64,000 nt of DNA. Origin: Protoeuglena noctilucae (Eukaryota). Position 1 is the first letter of the stretch; each line of letters opens with the position of its first letter. Both the position numbers and the translations under genes were made by a program. The notes under the pieces were generated by a model. The model searched no databases, was not told the origin of the DNA, and worked only from the letters and a program-made list of their open reading frames with translations. The stretch is from contig OY253682.1 in assembly GCA_958009085.1 (NCBI GenBank), forward strand, positions 806,001-870,000, given 5' to 3'. Positions 13,401 through 26,256 of this stretch are shown piece after piece.

Positions 13401-13925
13401 CCTGGCCCGCCATGCCTCCAGGTCCTCCGGCAGCTTCAGCGGTTCGTACTCCCCGGGCGCAGGAAGGTAGGAGACTCCAGGAGCGTCCTCTTGGGGCGCA
13501 TCATGCGCTCCGGCGCTCTCGGGCGGTTCACCCCTCTCCGAGTCAATGTCCACGTCCATGTCCACGTCCGTGTCGGCGTAGTGGAGCCACGCGAGTCCTA
13601 CATCTTCGCTCTCGCCATCACTGCCCGCAGCAACGTCCGCCGTCCCGTCTTCCTCCCGCAGTTCTTGGTCTGGTCCCGCGCTGGCGCTGTCGCGTGCCAG
13701 CCCGTCCGAGCCTCGCAGAGACGGAGAGACATAGTGTTCGTGTGGGGCGGCGGGGCGGGGTGCTTCCTGGCGGCTCTCCTCGCCATATCTCCAGCCCCAC
13801 AGCGCAGGGCATCTTTGCTGATGCCGGGCGAGCTTGGCCGGGGTATCGAATTGCGTTCCACACGCGTCGCATTCGAGCATGGTGAGCTGCAGCGCAGGTT
13901 GCGATGCAGGGTTCAAGGCGGGCAT
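10426..13925 (-). CDS. Plavaka-family DDE transposase with N-terminal C2H2-like zinc finger, 7 exons
   Basis: CDACGTQFDTPAKLARHQQRC; PVAYSIDGVEMT; FPVLAAQLNDMM..CPLC; QAPDPMHTVELG; KCHALSHFPAVVARNGS..SMNDAERMH..ARTN. Introns at 13125-13211, 12620-12701, ~11945-12043, 11691-11796, ~11458-11538 and 11089-11235 join in frame. Confidence 0.85.
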
Positions 13926-15139
13926 GGTGAGGGCGTGGAAGCGGAGGTGAGGAAAGTCCAGCGCGCGCTCTGTGGGTCAGGCAGGCTCAGGGGTCGTCAG
14001 TCCTCCAGGCAAGCGGGGGTGGATTGCAGGGCTGCAGCGACAGCACCGCGCACAGGCGAGGCTCGGCGCTGCTGGTGCGAACAGCGCTGGATCATCGTCC
14101 CTCTCTAGGGTGAGAGTGCAGCCTGCTGCTGAGCCATCTGCGAGGTGTGCTGACGTGGCTGGGGAGGGGAGGGGCCAGCTCCCGTGAGGTGAGATGCAGC
14201 ATACGCATGACTAGATCAGGTCGGACATTGTCGCTGTCCCCGAGGTGCGCGGTTGGTCTGCTGCGCTACCGGTGGGGTCTGCGACACGGTCAGGTGTGCA
14301 AGGGGGGGTTGGTTGGCTGGGAGGGACGAAGGGCTGGTCCGCCAGCGTGGTATCTCTTTACTTGCTTACTGTACCTGGCACCGTGCCTGCACTCTCTCAC
14401 CCCGAGACTGACTCTAACTTCGCCTAACAAGCACGCAGGCGCACGTGCCACCTCGTCCCAAGTTCCGGCGCTGGTCGGGTGCTGGCCGGGCCCGCCATGG
14501 CTCGTCCGCCGACCCATGCCCCTTGTCTGTCGTCTGGCGTCCGCGGCGCCCCGCAGCGGTGGTCATCGACTCCTGGGGCGGCCGTCGGCACGGCGGAGTC
14601 GCGCACGCCACCATCTCCCGAGTGCCTGGCCCGAGTGCCGGAGCGCCGCTCCCCGATGGAGCGGCAGCGTCCGGAACAAGCGGTCGGTGCCTCTGGCGGT
14701 GGTCGCTGCGCGCTCCCGTCGCGCCTGCGGCCGCCCGAGTCCGGCTGCATGTGCGTGCATGAGTGCGTTGCCTAGAGCGTCACGGATGGTCATGTAACCT
14801 CGGCGTAGGGATTGAAATACCAATAGCTACGCTAGGGAGCGATTACGGGCCGAACGGAGCCCCCCGGGCCGCGCGGGCCCCGGAGCGCGGGTGCCCAAAA
14901 GATGCGTCCGATCGCGATCAAGATACGTCTGATCGCGGCCGAGAAGGAAGATAGGCGGCGGGATAGCCTCGGCTAACGCTTCCGGCGCCGCTGCGCTCCC
15001 GAGTGGGCCCCGCTCCCCGCGATCCCCGACCACGACGAAATGCCGCGAAACTGCTCCCAGCGGCCTCTCGCATCCCGGGTGCGCCGTGGCCGTAACCGCG
15101 CCGCGTAAAACGGCCTCCCCAGGGAGATCGGGCGCGCGG

Positions 15140-15265
15140 CTGGAATCACTGGGCTCAATGAGGGTTTACATTACAGTCTGTGTCGTCAGTGGGATCACTG
15201 GGATGATCCCTCTGATACCCCGGGATCAGCGGGATGATCCCCACGATTCCTGGGTATCACGGGGA
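15140..15265. repeat. Right subterminal repeat array of the transposon
   Basis: GGAATCACTGGG, GGGATCACTGGGATGATCCC, GGGATCAGCGGGATGATCCC and GGTATCACGGGG mirror the left array. Confidence 0.85.
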
Positions 15266-15528
15266 TGATCCGACTGACGCCAGACTCGCGGTTTTCCCGA
15301 TGTTCATCTCATGATCTGTGAGGTGGCATGCCCTCCCACGCACGCATCCTTCGCGCAGCTACCCTGCTCTCATCCCTCTCCCTCGCCGGCTCGACGCACA
15401 GGCAGGCAGACTCTGGGCAGCGTATTCAGCCGCTCCTGCGTGACACCCGTCCCCAAACTTCGCGTCCTGGAGTCGTTGTTCGTTTGTCTGTGCTGCCTGC
15501 TTTCGTGCACCCCGGGCCTGTGGCGAGA

Positions 15529-16497
15529 ATGGACGCCACAACCCCGACGGTGAAGAACCTCATGGTTCTGGACTCGGAGGGCAAGAGGATCGCCGTCAAG
15601 TACTACAGCGACGACTGGTGCGTGTGTTGGCAGTGCCTCGGATTCCGCACGCTCCCGTTCGGCGTCTGGAGGGCGCGCTGGCATGGTATGCGCGCCCGCA
15701 GCAAGTGTACCGGCCGTGTCGCCCGCTGCAGGCCGACGGTGGCCGATCAGGCCAAGTTTGAGAAGGCGACATTTCCTAGGATGTCGAAGACGTACGCGCG
15801 GGCCGAGGCCGACATCCTCATGCTTGACAACTGTGTCGGTGAGCGCCGAGGCCCAGGCGGACCCCGGGAGCCTCTCTCCGGGCCCCCTTGGGTACTCACG
15901 GCGGTTCTTGACGCGCGATGCGCTCAGCGCACACCCCCTCGCCATCCCCGCAGTGCTCTACAGGGTGGTGCAGGAGGTGGTGTTTGCCGTCACGGGGTCG
16001 CTGCAGGAGAACGAGGTGCTGCTCTTATCGGTCTTGAAGTGTCTCACGGATGCCACCACGTGAGGCAGCGGGCGATGCGGGGGGCCGCAGCCCAGGCGCG
16101 GAACGCGCAGCCCGATGGTGGGGCGCGAACCCGTTTCCGTTTGCCGCCCCGCAGGGCGATGCTCAAGGGCCAGGTAGACAAGCGGATGCTGCTGGAGAAC
16201 ATGGACCTGCTGCTGCTCGTGATGGACGAGATCGTTGACAGCGGGCTGCTGCTGGAGACGGATCCGAACGAGGTGCGTCGGCATTGCACCTTGCGGGCAC
16301 GCGATGCGACGCGGTCCGAGCCGTTCGCGAAGTGACTACCGTCTCCCATCTCGCAGGTCGCGGAGCGCGCGGCCATGCGGGGCGCGGAGGAGCAAGGTGC
16401 GGTGGGCGGCAACCTGGGCGGGACCCTGACCGAGCAGGCGGTGCAGCAGTTCGTGTCCAACGCCAAGGAGCAGTTCCGGAACTTCTTGCGATCGTAG
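15529..16497 (+). CDS. COPZ: Coatomer subunit zeta (5 exons)
   Basis: PTVKNLMVLDSEGKRIAVKYYSDDW|PT..FEK..ADILMLDN..FAVTGSLQENEVLL..QVDKRMLLENMDLLLLVMDEIVDSGLLLETDP. Confidence 0.95.
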
Positions 16498-16769
16498 GCA
16501 TGTCGCAGGCGCGGCGTGGCTTGAATGTGGCCTGCCCGTGGGGCGAGCAGCGGACGGCGAATGTCGGTAGGGCCGACGCTGTGCTTGGAAAGTCGAAGTG
16601 GCTGGGGAGTGGAACACAATCGCACAACTCATACCGGTGCCGCGCGTATCTCGCGCGGCGAGGGGATGTCTACTCGAGAGGGGACAGCAGAAAGGGCCGG
16701 GGCCGACGCACCCGCCCAAAATGCGGGTGGACGAAGCCCCAGGCGGGTACCCGGGTGCCGGGGTGCCGG

Positions 16770-19700
16770 TCACGGCGACTGCGACCCCATGAGGCGCGCG
16801 TCGTACTGGCTGAGTGCGTCCGGGATGTAGCTCTTGCTCATGAGGCTGTGAAACTCCTCCCTAGAGATGACCCCGTCCCCGTCCGAGTCGGCCTCCCTCA
16901 ACAGGCTCTTGGCCTCTAACATGATCTCGTCGCAGCTGCGGGACTTGAAGGCCTCCGGCAGCAGGTCGAGGATCTCCTCCATGTTGATGCACCCGGAGCC
17001 GTCGCGGTCCAGCTGCTGGAAGGCGAGGTCGACGTAGCTGCTCCACATGCGGTCCTCCATAATCCGGTCCCAGTCGATGAGGCCCACGAGCCACTCGCGG
17101 AACACGAGCTGCCCGTCCTGGTTGATGTCCATGCGGGACATCAAGTGCCGCACCTCCTCCACCGTGATGTTGTAGCCCTCCCGCACGAGGCCCTCCGCCA
17201 GCTCCTGGAACGATATCGAGCCCGACTGACTCACGTCCATCTTGTTGTACATCTGCACAGCACGGGCGGGAGCAGAGACAGGCGTCACGGCGCAGCCAGG
17301 CGAGGTTACGGACGCAGCGACAGCTTTTCGTGGCAAAGCGAGCAGGGCGGCAGTGTGCGGACAAGGAGCTGCGGCGGAGGTCATGAGTCGAGGGCGGGCA
17401 GTGTCACTGTGTCACTGTCCCCGTCGCTCACCAGCCGCACGGCGGAGGCGAAGTTGTCGAGCTCGGCACTCAGGGTCATGTTGTGGTCCGCGGTGATCTT
17501 GTCCGCGATGATGCTCAGCACCATCTGCTTCAGATGCCCGTACGTCGCGAAGCGCTGCAGCCGCTGGATGACTGCGGGGCCACGACGGGGGAAGCCGTCA
17601 GCACCAGAGTGCCATCACCACCATCACTCCTCGACTCTCCATCACCTAACACACACGTGAGATTCCCAGGCAAGAGCACGGGGTCATCCATGCGTAAACT
17701 CCTTTGCAGGCCTCACCAGACCCTTCCAGGGGCAGGTCGGACGCGACGCCGTCCTCTGACACCCATGGGTGCGCCAGTGCCTGCTGCGCCGTCAGTCGCG
17801 TGGTCGGGTCACGGTCCAAGAGCTTGCTCAACAGGTCCACGGCGGGCTTGGAGATCTGCGCGGGACGACCGCAGAGGCAGTTGTTGGGACTTTAACTTTC
17901 ATTAGATCAAAGGCCCACCGATGCTCGCCCATACTGTCGTCCGCGCCTCCGCACTGTCATCGCCGCTGCCATTGCCGCTGCCATCTCCGCACTGCCACCC
18001 TCACCTGGTCCGCCTCGGCGTCGAGCTTGATGTCGTCCCTGAGGATGCTTCGGAAGACGTCCGAGATGGTGACCTGAGTCAGGTCGTCCCAGAAGGGCCA
18101 CCGGCCGGTCAGGAGCTGGTACATGAGCATGCCGGCGGACCAGAGGTCGGCGCGCTCGTCGTAGCACTGCAGCACGACCTCGGGGGCCATGTAGACGGGC
18201 GTGCCTGATCGCGTCGTCATCTTGGGGTCCCCCCGGCGCCACCGGATGGCCAGGCCGAAGTCCGTGGCTTTCAACGGGCTGTCGGTCTCGGGCGTGAGGA
18301 AGAGGAAGTTGTCCGGCTTGACGTCCCGGTACATGACGCCCTTGGCGTGACATTGTGCCAGGAACTGGAACACCTGCTTCATGATGCGCGACACCTGCGA
18401 GCAGGACGGCTCACGGGATGCTCACGCGCCGCAAAAGGATCGCGTCCCGCGGCCCGAGCCGAGCATCGCGCACGCTCACCACCGCCTCCGACATGCGCCC
18501 GGCCTTGGCGCGCTCCAGCAGGCCCCCGCCCTCGCACAGGTCCATGACCAGGTAGATGTTCTGGTCGTCCTCGAACGCGTCCTGCAGGAAGACGGCGCTC
18601 AGGGATGCGCCCAGCTGCTTCATGCAGTCCACCTCGTTCTGCAGCTTCTTCAAATACTTCGAGGTGCACTTGCGGCTCCGGGGCATCTGCGAGGGCGAGC
18701 CCCGGCGCAAACGTCGGTCGTCTCGCGTCCGGAGCGGCCGCGGCGCCCCGCACGGCCTCGCGCGCCGCACCTTGGGGATGGCCTTGACCGCGTACTTCTC
18801 CCCCGTCTTGCGATGGATGACGATCGAGACGACGCCGAAAGACCCCGAGCCGATCTTCTTCCCCAAGATGTACTTGTCCTTGAAGTCGCGCGGGTACCCA
18901 AAGACGCTGCGGACCTCCTGCGGTGGCGACGTCGGGGGTTGTGCGAGGTCAGCGGGGCGGCGAGGCGCGCGACGTGGGAGCGCCGCGCGGCGGCGTGCTC
19001 GGAGAGCCACGATCCATGCGCTCGCGGGGCTGCGGTGGGAGGGCAAGGCGGGGCGGCACTCGCCGTGGGTGCGAGTTCCATGTAGGTGGGCAGCCCGAGG
19101 ACGTCGTCCTTCGCCGAGGCCGCGAATACCAGCTTGCACGCGTTGACCTTGGCGTCAAATTCGCTCGCGGCGCGCGCGGCGACGGACCGCCGCGCCAGGG
19201 GCGCGGGCCGGGGCCGCCAAGGCGCGCGCGCCGGGTGTCCCAGGCACGCCCATCGCCTGCGCGGATCGCCCGGGGATGCGAGATGATGCAGATCGGGGGA
19301 GCCCGCGCGCGGTCACGGCGCGGGTGGGCGTCGGGACGCGCCGAGCGGGGTGCTGACGCGGCAGGAGTGCAAAAATTCATGTGCGACCTGCCCCCGATGA
19401 CCGCGTCGCGGAGCGCGGCGCGCCGCGTCCCACGCTTCGGCGACGATCGTAATCGGGCCCAACGAATGCCGGGGGGCGCTGCGGGGCCCGGGGGCGCCCG
19501 CAAACGCCCGAACGCGCGACCCCGGCGCACCTGCTCGGCAAGGTCGGCGTGACCGGACGCGCCGCCGCCATCTGTCCCCCGCTGAATGCTCCGGCGCCCG
19601 CGACCGGGCCCGCGCTTGCCCAACGGACCCGGGTTCGTGTTCGACCGCCTCCTCGACGAGCGCAGATCGATTCGCGAGGAGATACTCGAATATTGCCGTG

Positions 19701-19926
19701 GAGTGCGGGAATGCGCGTCGCTCGCCGGCGGGGGGCGGAAAAAAGCGAGGCCGCGGGGACCGCCCTGTCCGACGCCAGACACGGTGGGCCGCGTTTCGTC
19801 TGCCGGGGCCTGCCGAGGATCTCCCGCATTCCCGAAAAGGCATCCACCGAATCCCGCCCTCACACGTAAACGCTTTCTGCACGAGACACCGCGGCGCGTT
19901 TGGGGAGAGGAAAACTTCGCAATCAT
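16770..19926 (-). CDS. CDPK: Calcium-dependent protein kinase (kinase plus 4 EF-hands); start uncertain
   Basis: IGSGSFG, YAVKAIPK, YRDVKPDNFL, ATDFGLA, GTPVYMAPE; EF-hands DVSQSGSISFQE, DINQDGQLVFRE, DRDGSGCINMEE, DSDGDGVISREE. Confidence 0.92.
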
Positions 19927-20248
19927 GGTGAGCGCGTGCCATGAAGGGAATCGTGCACCTCGCTGTTGGCCTCCTGCAGCATGCAAGCGCGCGCTGCCGT
20001 TGCGGGCTCGCGGGCGCGCGCTGGGAGCCCGCACCAACCGCGCGCTTGCCAGCGCGCGGAATGCAATTGCGGGGCTGCTCTGAGGCGAACGCACGGCATT
20101 TAGAGGCGCACGAGGCACGGGTTAGGACCTTCCATGGTTCTCCTCGGCAAGGCGTCACGCTCTGTTGTGGGCGACGCATGGGTCCGCGGGGAGATCTCCC
20201 GCGCACGCAAATCTCCCAGCCAGCTAGTCCGCGTCGTCGACCGAAACG

Positions 20249-20716
20249 ATGCCAAGGACGCTCTTCTCGATGCCGTCTCCGCAGGCGGGGGGGCAGAAAG
20301 TGCACGTCATGAAGCAGAAGTCGCAGGCGCACGAGAAGAACGTGGGCAAGCGGAAGAGCGGGGCGGTGAGAGTCGAGTGGGGATAGCTGCAGGGCACGAT
20401 TAACTTGCGCCGGCGGGGTGGGATAGGCGCAGGGCAGGGCATGGTGGACCTTCGCAGGCGGGGTGGAGTGGCGGGCGAGGAGCTGGGACCGTCCATGCGG
20501 TTCCCCTTCTTGGGCACGGCCCAAGACCGTCCGGGGCAAGATGGCAGCAGCACTCCCCTGCCCTCATCCCCCCCGCAGGACGGCAAGGGGAGTTTCTTGA
20601 ACAACCCGAAGATCGGCCCGGTGCTTCTGGGATTCCTGGTCTTCGTCGTCGTGGGGTCCCTGCTGCTTCAAATCGTGAGGAACGCCACGTCGGGGCAGAA
20701 GGCCATCGGGGTGTGA
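20249..20716 (+). CDS. RAMP4: Stress-associated ER protein RAMP4/SERP (2 exons); start uncertain
   Basis: MKQKSQAHEKNVGKRKSGA|DGKGSFLNNPKIGPVLLGFLVFVVVGSLLLQIVRNATSG is a typical tail-anchored RAMP4 pattern. Confidence 0.88.
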
Positions 20717-20773
20717 GAGTACAGGGCATTGATGCACCGGACGTCACGAGCCGCATCCGGCGCGTGAGCTACG

Positions 20774-21458
20774 CTACGTCTGGTGGCCCGGGGTGCGAGC
20801 GGGAACGGGATCCATTGAAGGGGAGCTGTCATGGACATCCAGCAAAAGTGCACGGCGCGCCTCCTGCGCCTGCATGCGCCAGAAGGCGGCCTGGGCTGTC
20901 TGCGGGGGTCAGGTGAAGGCGCAGGTTTGCTAGTGAGGCGCTGCCAGCGCCCGCGCCAGTCCCGCGAGCGATAGGTCGCGGCACTCACGCTCGGGGGAAT
21001 GCCCCACCCGCCCGCGTACATTTCGGCGACCGACTGCATGCTCTCGATGCAGCCCTCGCGTGCCGCGTCTAGCGTGTCCGCGAACCACCGGCGCTCGCAA
21101 TCGCGCACCTGCCGGACAGCCGGGGGTCTGTGTGTCGCACAGCGCCATCGACAATGCAGCTCCACTCCCACCGCTCTTGTCGCCACAAGGTCGGTTTGCT
21201 GGACAGCGCGAGGAACGCCACAGAGCGCCAATGACAGTGTAATTGCGCTTCCGCCGCTCCATTCACCACGTCCTTCAACGGGCGGCGCCGCTTCTCGGCC
21301 AGCTGCTCCGACTCGAGGCCGAGGAGAGCGTCCAAAGGAACGTGGGGCACGTGGCGAGGCGTCGTGTGGATAGAACGGCACGCACACGGGCGCGCTGGGC
21401 TCCTGCGTCGGCGACGATGCCTTGGAGAGGCGATGGCATTTCCCCCAGACCAGGACAT
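20774..21458 (-). CDS. Small SEL1-like repeat protein (plant/algal type)
   Basis: RPLKDV|VRDCERRWFADTLDAAREGCIESMQSVAEMYAGGWGIPPS|TAQAAFWRMQA; two GT-AG introns join in frame. Confidence 0.75.
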
Positions 21459-21884
21459 GCGCAGGGCAAGCAGGTACGCACAGCACGCCACATCAGCACC
21501 CTCGCCTGGAAGCGTGGGCGCACCCCAGAGGCGTGAACGCCTCGCCGGGCAGCAATGATATCATTTTGGCCCCATATCTCGATCGGCGAGGCGACGCGAG
21601 GCCGCCGGGCGCGCAGAGAAGAGCAAGTCGAGTGGAAGAGAGGCGAGGGGGGACTCTACGAGGTCATGAGGCTCGATTGGAGCGAATGAGGAATCCAGCT
21701 AGTCATGAAACACGAGCAAGGCACCGGAGTAATTCCATGGACGAAATTGGGGTGCCTTAGGTCACTGGCAAGCAACTTCCTGCAGATTTAGCCAGCCTCG
21801 TTGATGTAGCTTGCTCGATTCGTCGACGCCGAGCAGCTGGCGAGCGTTGGGCCCGAAAAAGTGCGCATGCGGTCCGTGCCCGCC

Positions 21885-23033
21885 ATGGACCTCAGCGCGC
21901 CGCCGACGCCGTGGCAGCCGTTGCTGACCCGGGACGAGGTGGAGCACCATTCGCCGGCGAGGAAGCTCGGGGTCACGCTCAGCAAGGAGATATGGGCCAA
22001 GATCGGACTCTTCGACCTCATCAAGAGGGCCGGGGCGCAACTCAACGTAGGGGGTGACATGCGCACGCCGTTCGCGAAGAGAGAGCGGCGCCTTCGCACG
22101 ACAAAAATGTCTTGCTCGACCGGCGCTTGCATGCGCGGTGTGACGGTGTGAAAATGTTGTTTTCAAGCCACTGCAACTCTCCCTCCCCGTTCCGTGCAGA
22201 TTTCTGCGTCTTCATGGCCGCCTTCTACCTCAACGTCTTCTTCAGCAAGTGCTATCCCCCGAACGAGCAGAGCCGCGTCGCCGCAGCGTGCGCCTGCCTC
22301 GTGCTCGCCACCAAGAGCACCGACGCCCTGGCGGCACCGCACCTGCCCCAGGTCCTCAAGGCCTTCCAGAAGGTCCACAAGGATTGGCGGGACCCTGGCG
22401 TATTCGCGGCCGCCGAGAACGTCGTCATTGATGCGGAGGTGCGTGCCGGTCAGCAGGGGACACACATCGCACAGCTTGAGGGTAAACAAGACGTCGGTTG
22501 AGTTTGCCGGATCGTCAGCATGATCTTCCGCACGCGCAGAGGGAGCTGCTGCTGCACCTGCGCTTCCAACTGCAAGTGTCCACGCTCCAGACCTTCTTCA
22601 CGGCCATGAGCGACAACGCGGAGCTCCTCACGTCCATGGTGGACGAGGTGACGATGCGAAGACGCTTGGGATTCATAAGTAGACTCTCCGCGCTGTTGAT
22701 GATCACCCGTCGGTGCCGCGCTGCCCGCAGAAAGCGCTGCGTCCTGGGGCGGACGTGGCGAGGTGGCTGCGGGAGGCCACGACGCGCCCGATGCGGGACG
22801 TCCTCAAGTCCACGCTGCCGCTCCAGTACCCGCCGGAGGTCCTCGGCGCGGCGGTGGTGAGGCTCGGGCAGCTGCAGCTGGAGAAGGATGGGAAGCTCAC
22901 GGCCAGCGCCGTGATGGCCATCGGGGACCAGGAGTGGTGGGAGGTCGCCAGGCTGGGGCAGGAGCAGATTGAGGACATCAAAGCGCAGCTCGCGCTCGTC
23001 TTGCGCGCGGCCACGTCGCAGGGCAACGCCTGA
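21885..23033 (+). CDS. Transcription-type cyclin (cyclin T/K-like, divergent)
   Basis: LTRDEVEHHSPARKLGVTLSKE..LIKRAGAQLN, AAFYLNVFFS, ACLVLATKSTD, IDAE|RELLLHLRFQLQV, LPLQYPPEVLGAA. Confidence 0.75.
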
Positions 23034-23221
23034 CCGGGGTGTCGAGTCGGGCCGTCCGTCCCAGCGAGGGCGTCATCGGGCGCGTTGGCCGGGCGCGGTG
23101 ACGGTGAGGATGAATGGCGTCGTTCTGCAGCTAGCCGCATCCAGTTGTGCATCTGGCTGCCGCGGGCGGCTCGCGGTGTCGATTAGAATCCTCGGCCCCA
23201 TTTGTGCGCGGGCGGCGAGAC

Positions 23222-24704
23222 ATGCGCATCTACTGCATTTCAGACATTCACTCGGACCATGCGAAGAACATGGAGTGGGTCGTGGGCCTGGATACGCGCG
23301 CCTACGCGAACGACTGCCTCTTGGTCGCCGGCGACGTGTCGCACTCCCTGGCGGGTGAGTCGGCGCACGATGCGCGCTCTTGACCGTGCCGCTTGGGTTC
23401 GTGACCCGCACTGCAGCTTCCGCACCCGGCCGCGGGCGCGGCGAGCGTGCCAGCGCCCCTCCCGCTGGGCGCAGTGATCGAGCGTACGTTGCGGGAGCTC
23501 AAGAAGCGCTTTCTTCACGTCTTCTTCGTCCCCGGCAATCACGAGCTGTGGCTCACGAAGGTAAGCTTTCCTTTCCTCGCTGCGTGGGGCACGACCTCCC
23601 CAGCCCGGACACCGTCGGTCCCCGCCCCACCCTGGCTACCCCACGCGGCTGCTCAGCCCGTCACCGCTGCCGCCGCGCCCCTCCGCAGCACGAGCGGGAG
23701 GAGCTGGGCATCGCGGACTCGGTGCACAAGGCCCGCGCCGTGCAGCAGGCGTGCGAGGCACTGGGCGTGCACACGCGCCCCGCCAAGGTCTCGGGCGTTT
23801 GGGTCGTGCCCCTGTTCTCGTGGTACCACGCCTCCTGGGACCGAGACCCCGCGCCCGTGACGGGCCCGCCCATCGAGCAGTGTATGACGGACTTCGCCCT
23901 CTGCCGCTGGCCTAGCGCGCCTGGGTCCGCGGTCGATGCCGACGGCATGGCTGCCGCGCGCCTTCTGGACTCCCTCAACGCCCCGCACGTCGACGAGGCG
24001 GTTTCCGCGATCGACTGCGAGCGCCGGGAGGGGCAGTCGCCCGTGGTTGTCTCCATGTCGCACTTCCTGCCCCTGCAAGAGCTCCTGCCAGAACGCCGCG
24101 TCCTCAGCCTGCCCTCGCTGCCACGCGCCTGCGGGTCCGACCTGCTCCTCCGGCGCGTCCTGCGCCTGCAGCCGACCGCGCACGTGTTTGGGCACACGCA
24201 CTTTGAGTGGGACGCCACCATCTGTGGCACACGGTGAGAGAGGTAGCTGTTGCATATATGGTGTCTGTCAGAACCATGTCTTTCAGTATAGCGTTTGTCA
24301 GGGTTGTATCTTTGACAAGAGATGACAGAGTGCCTCTCTCTCTGCAGGTACGTGCAGTGGCCGATGGGGTACCCAAGGGAGCAGCGGGGGGGTAGCATGC
24401 GGCAGCCCATGATGCTGTACGGTGAGCAGCGGGGACAGCTTGAGTGCGTGCGGTGCATGGGACTGAGGGTGGCAGCAGGTAGCGGAGCGAGGGGCATCCC
24501 ATCATAACACTAGCGTTCACTGGTGCTGTAAACCTCTCCTGTGCTTCGCATATCCTCGCAGACACCGCTGCAGGGTCGCACGGGCCGTCCATGCACTCCC
24601 CCTGGTCCGCCATTTACGGGGGCATCTCCCGCCCGCACCTGCGCCCGTCATGGTTCGACGACGAGCTGGCACACAACGCTGCGCTGTGCAGCGACGCATT
24701 GTGA
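23222..24704 (+). CDS. Calcineurin-like metallophosphoesterase
   Basis: CISDIHSD, LVAGDVS, FVPGNHELW, SMSHFLP, VFGHTH: the full metallophosphoesterase motif set. Confidence 0.9.
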
Positions 24705-24835
24705 TGTGTCAATTTGCCCCGACCAACCAGTGATTCAGTTCAAGGGCGCGGGAGTCAGTCACACGTCAGTTGCCCTCCGTGTGGCCCAAGCAGACTACGT
24801 AATGCTACCTATAATGAGCAAAGCAAAGACGCACC

Positions 24836-26256
24836 TCACGCGCGCAGCTGTTTGAAGGCGGCTGACAGGAGCTCCGCGGTGGGGTACGCGCTGCGGATAG
24901 CGTCGAACACGCCCACGTGCCCGGCCAGCGCGGCGTTGCGCAACGCCTGGTGGTTCATAGCTCCCAGCCCCTCAGTCAACGACGCCTGGTCCTGGCGGTA
25001 GCAGTCCAGCAGCAGATGGACCACCTCCGCGTGGCCGCTCTGGGCCGCAGTGCGGAAGGCCTCGTGGGTGGAGGCCGACAGGGCCATCTGCCAGGTGCAG
25101 CTGGCCGCCTTGCCCGACACCGCCGCCACGCTGTAGGCCTCCAGCAGCACGGCCAGCACCCCCGCGCGGCCGTGGATGGCGCTGGTGCGCAGGGCCGCGT
25201 GGTTGTTGAACGACAGCGCGGCCACCAGGGCGTCCACCCCGCAGGCGCGGTAACGTTCGATGAGGAAGGTGGCCGTCTCGGCCGACCCCCGCGTGGCGAC
25301 GGTGAGCAGCGGGGCGTGGTTGGCGCACGTGATCATGGTGCCCAGGAGGTCCGTGTCGCCCCCGCAGAAGTCCACCAGCGCCCGCATGCCCTCCAGGTGG
25401 GCCCCCGCGGCCGCACGGACGAACGCGTTGGGCAGCACGGGCGCCACCTCCTCCCGGGCGTGCAGGGCCAGGCACGCGCGCACCAGCGACAGCGCCCCGG
25501 CCTCGCAGACCAGGTCGAGCGCCTGCAGGCCCAGCGGGGGCTGCGGCGTCACGGGCGACTGGTGTTGGTAGAGCCCTGGCTTGAGTGCGGCCATGCGGGT
25601 CTTGAGGGCGCTGAGCCACCCGGGGTACTTCTGGAGCGCCTCGTCCATGCCCTCGGGCCTCTGGGGCGACGGCACGTTGTGAGCTTCCAGGTACACGGCA
25701 GCTGGGACGGCGAGGGCGTCGACGCGGAGCTTCCTGGCCAGGGCAAAGAGGTCGGAGGCGGCCTTCACGCTGGGCTGCACGGTGTTGGCCAGGATGTACC
25801 ACGTCATGATGGTCGCCGAGGGCTCGTCGTCGTGCTGGCACGCGCCCTTGCACAGCAGCTGCGCCAGGTACACTGCGGAGCACGGTGAAGGGTGCGGAGC
25901 ACGTTAGAGGGTGTGGGGTGCTCCAGGGAGCTCTGGTGCGACGACAGGAGATCTCAACATGGTGCAGCGCATCAGCGTCGCACTCATGGGGCTGCCAGGC
26001 ACGCGCCTGTAGTGGGGCTGGCCACGGCGGGACTGTCATCGGTCCACACGAGCGTCTTGGACGACCCCTTCGCTAAGAGGCTTTTCAAGACCAGGCTGCA
26101 CTTGACCAGCGCCGACGTTGCATCCACCTCGATCCGCATCTGCGCCACGGTCGAGAGATGGAAGGGTGGGGTGCGGGTATGGGAGAGCGAGTGGCTGTTG
26201 CCGGGGTGGCACCGGCGAGGGCGTTGAGGCCACCCTTGTATTGATGCCGTAAACAT
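24836..26256 (-). CDS. Ankyrin-repeat protein with possible divergent BTB-like N-terminus; ends uncertain
   Basis: Repeats NAFVRAAAGAHLEGMRALVD, NHAALRTSAIHGRAGVLAVLLE, HEAFRTAAQSGHAEVVHLLLD, NHQALRNAALAGHVGVFD. Confidence 0.7.

Larger units (their letters stand above)
9734..15302 (-). mobile_element. Plavaka-type (CMC/CACTA-related) DNA transposon, 5569 bp
   Basis: Left TIR 9734-9771 is CATCGGGAAAACCCGGCGATTTGACGTCACTCGGATCA. The reverse complement of 15266-15302 is CATCGGGAAAACCGCGAGTCTGGCGTCAGTCGGATCA. TT flanks both ends (9732-33, 15303-04). There are subterminal repeats and an internal transposase. Confidence 0.9.

Noticed and set aside
13930..15140. Second transposon gene (TnpA-like) or cargo
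   Set aside because: The ORFs are Arg/Pro/Ala-rich with no recognisable motif, consistent with GC-rich noise, UTR or promoter.
18949..20539. Long overlapping ORFs here and at 2920-4005, 24917-25888 and 49639-50835 as extra genes
   Set aside because: They are antisense or frame shadows and read-throughs of introns, caused by the scarcity of stop codons at high GC.
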